Part shown: piece by piece, positions 31,614-31,917 of the stretch
Layout: every line of letters starts with the position of its first letter
Position numbering within the stretch: position 1 is the first letter of the stretch
IMG/VR virus record: IMGVR_UViG_2595698877_000001
Location: 132,381-164,297 of that record
DNA: 31,917 nt
Source of the DNA: a virus
Taxonomy: Duplodnaviria > Heunggongvirae > Uroviricota > Caudoviricetes > Herelleviridae
Reading direction: 5' to 3' (one strand)
Notes under the pieces: generated by a model
Told to the model about the DNA's origin: nothing
Database searches by the model: none
The model's input: only the letters and a program-made list of their open reading frames with translations
Program-made: the position numbers and the translations under genes

Positions 31614-31781
31614 ATGAAACGTATTCTAAAGGCTATTACAGGGCTATATAATCACTTGGTATGTAAGGAGGCTAATACTATTGATAATAAGGTAGAGCGC
31701 ATGCAGGAGGGTGTGAGAGCCTATAATACTACTATTGATAATATCATTCATAATAATGCTAGACTGTTAGAAGTAAAATGA
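31614..31781 (+). CDS. 55 aa hypothetical protein (absent from ORF track)
   Basis: RBS AAAGGAGCTG. Confidence 0.65.
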   Translation: MKRILKAITGLYNHLVCKEANTIDNKVERMQEGVRAYNTTIDNIIHNNARLLEVK

Positions 31782-31917
31782 ATATCTGCACTCATGAATA
31801 TACCAGTTTGTCAAGTATTATTTTGTCAACCCTTTTCTATATTCGATTTCATAGATATAACCCACCCCGTGCTTTATAGACCATATGTTCGGGGATGGTA
31901 CCTACCTCCCGCCTACC

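Noticed and set aside
31797-31829. Minus-strand promoter from the two TTGACA words at the window end
   Set aside because: Spacing to the TATATT -10 candidate is 21 or 6 bp, not 16-18.
1-31917. tRNA, rRNA, integrase or transposase genes
   Set aside because: No cloverleaf, rRNA-like segment or recombinase/transposase motif was recognised by eye; tRNAscan-SE would be the decisive check.

Overview
AT-rich phage DNA. Every credible gene is on the + strand. The content fits a large lytic Bacillus myovirus (Herelleviridae, Bastille-like; inferred from the SpoIIIE/FtsK gene, the ParM-like gene, Firmicute SD and sigma-A signals, and dense small early ORFs). The window has three zones. (1) 1-7.9 kb: a conserved hypothetical gene pair, then a plasmid-like module made of an actin-like ParM ATPase, an RHH ParR-like adaptor, a repeat-rich centromere candidate, four membrane proteins (two of them joinable by a candidate -1 frameshift) and an FtsK/SpoIIIE ATPase. 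(2) 8-20.2 kb: small early-type genes behind repeated TTGACT-N17-TAWRAT promoters, including an Rnl2-type RNA ligase, a lipoprotein, a minimal P-loop protein, three paralogous 'SND' membrane hairpins and a free-standing HNH-type gene. (3) 20.3-31.9 kb: a probable host-takeover / terminal region built from near-identical promoter-RBS cassettes, with an Ocr-like acidic protein and a ~1.15 kb non-coding stretch (29050-30212). That stretch holds most of an array of CodY-box-like 15-mers (29311-30533), orphan promoters and a minus-strand sRNA candidate. All assignments are by eye; no database searches were run.
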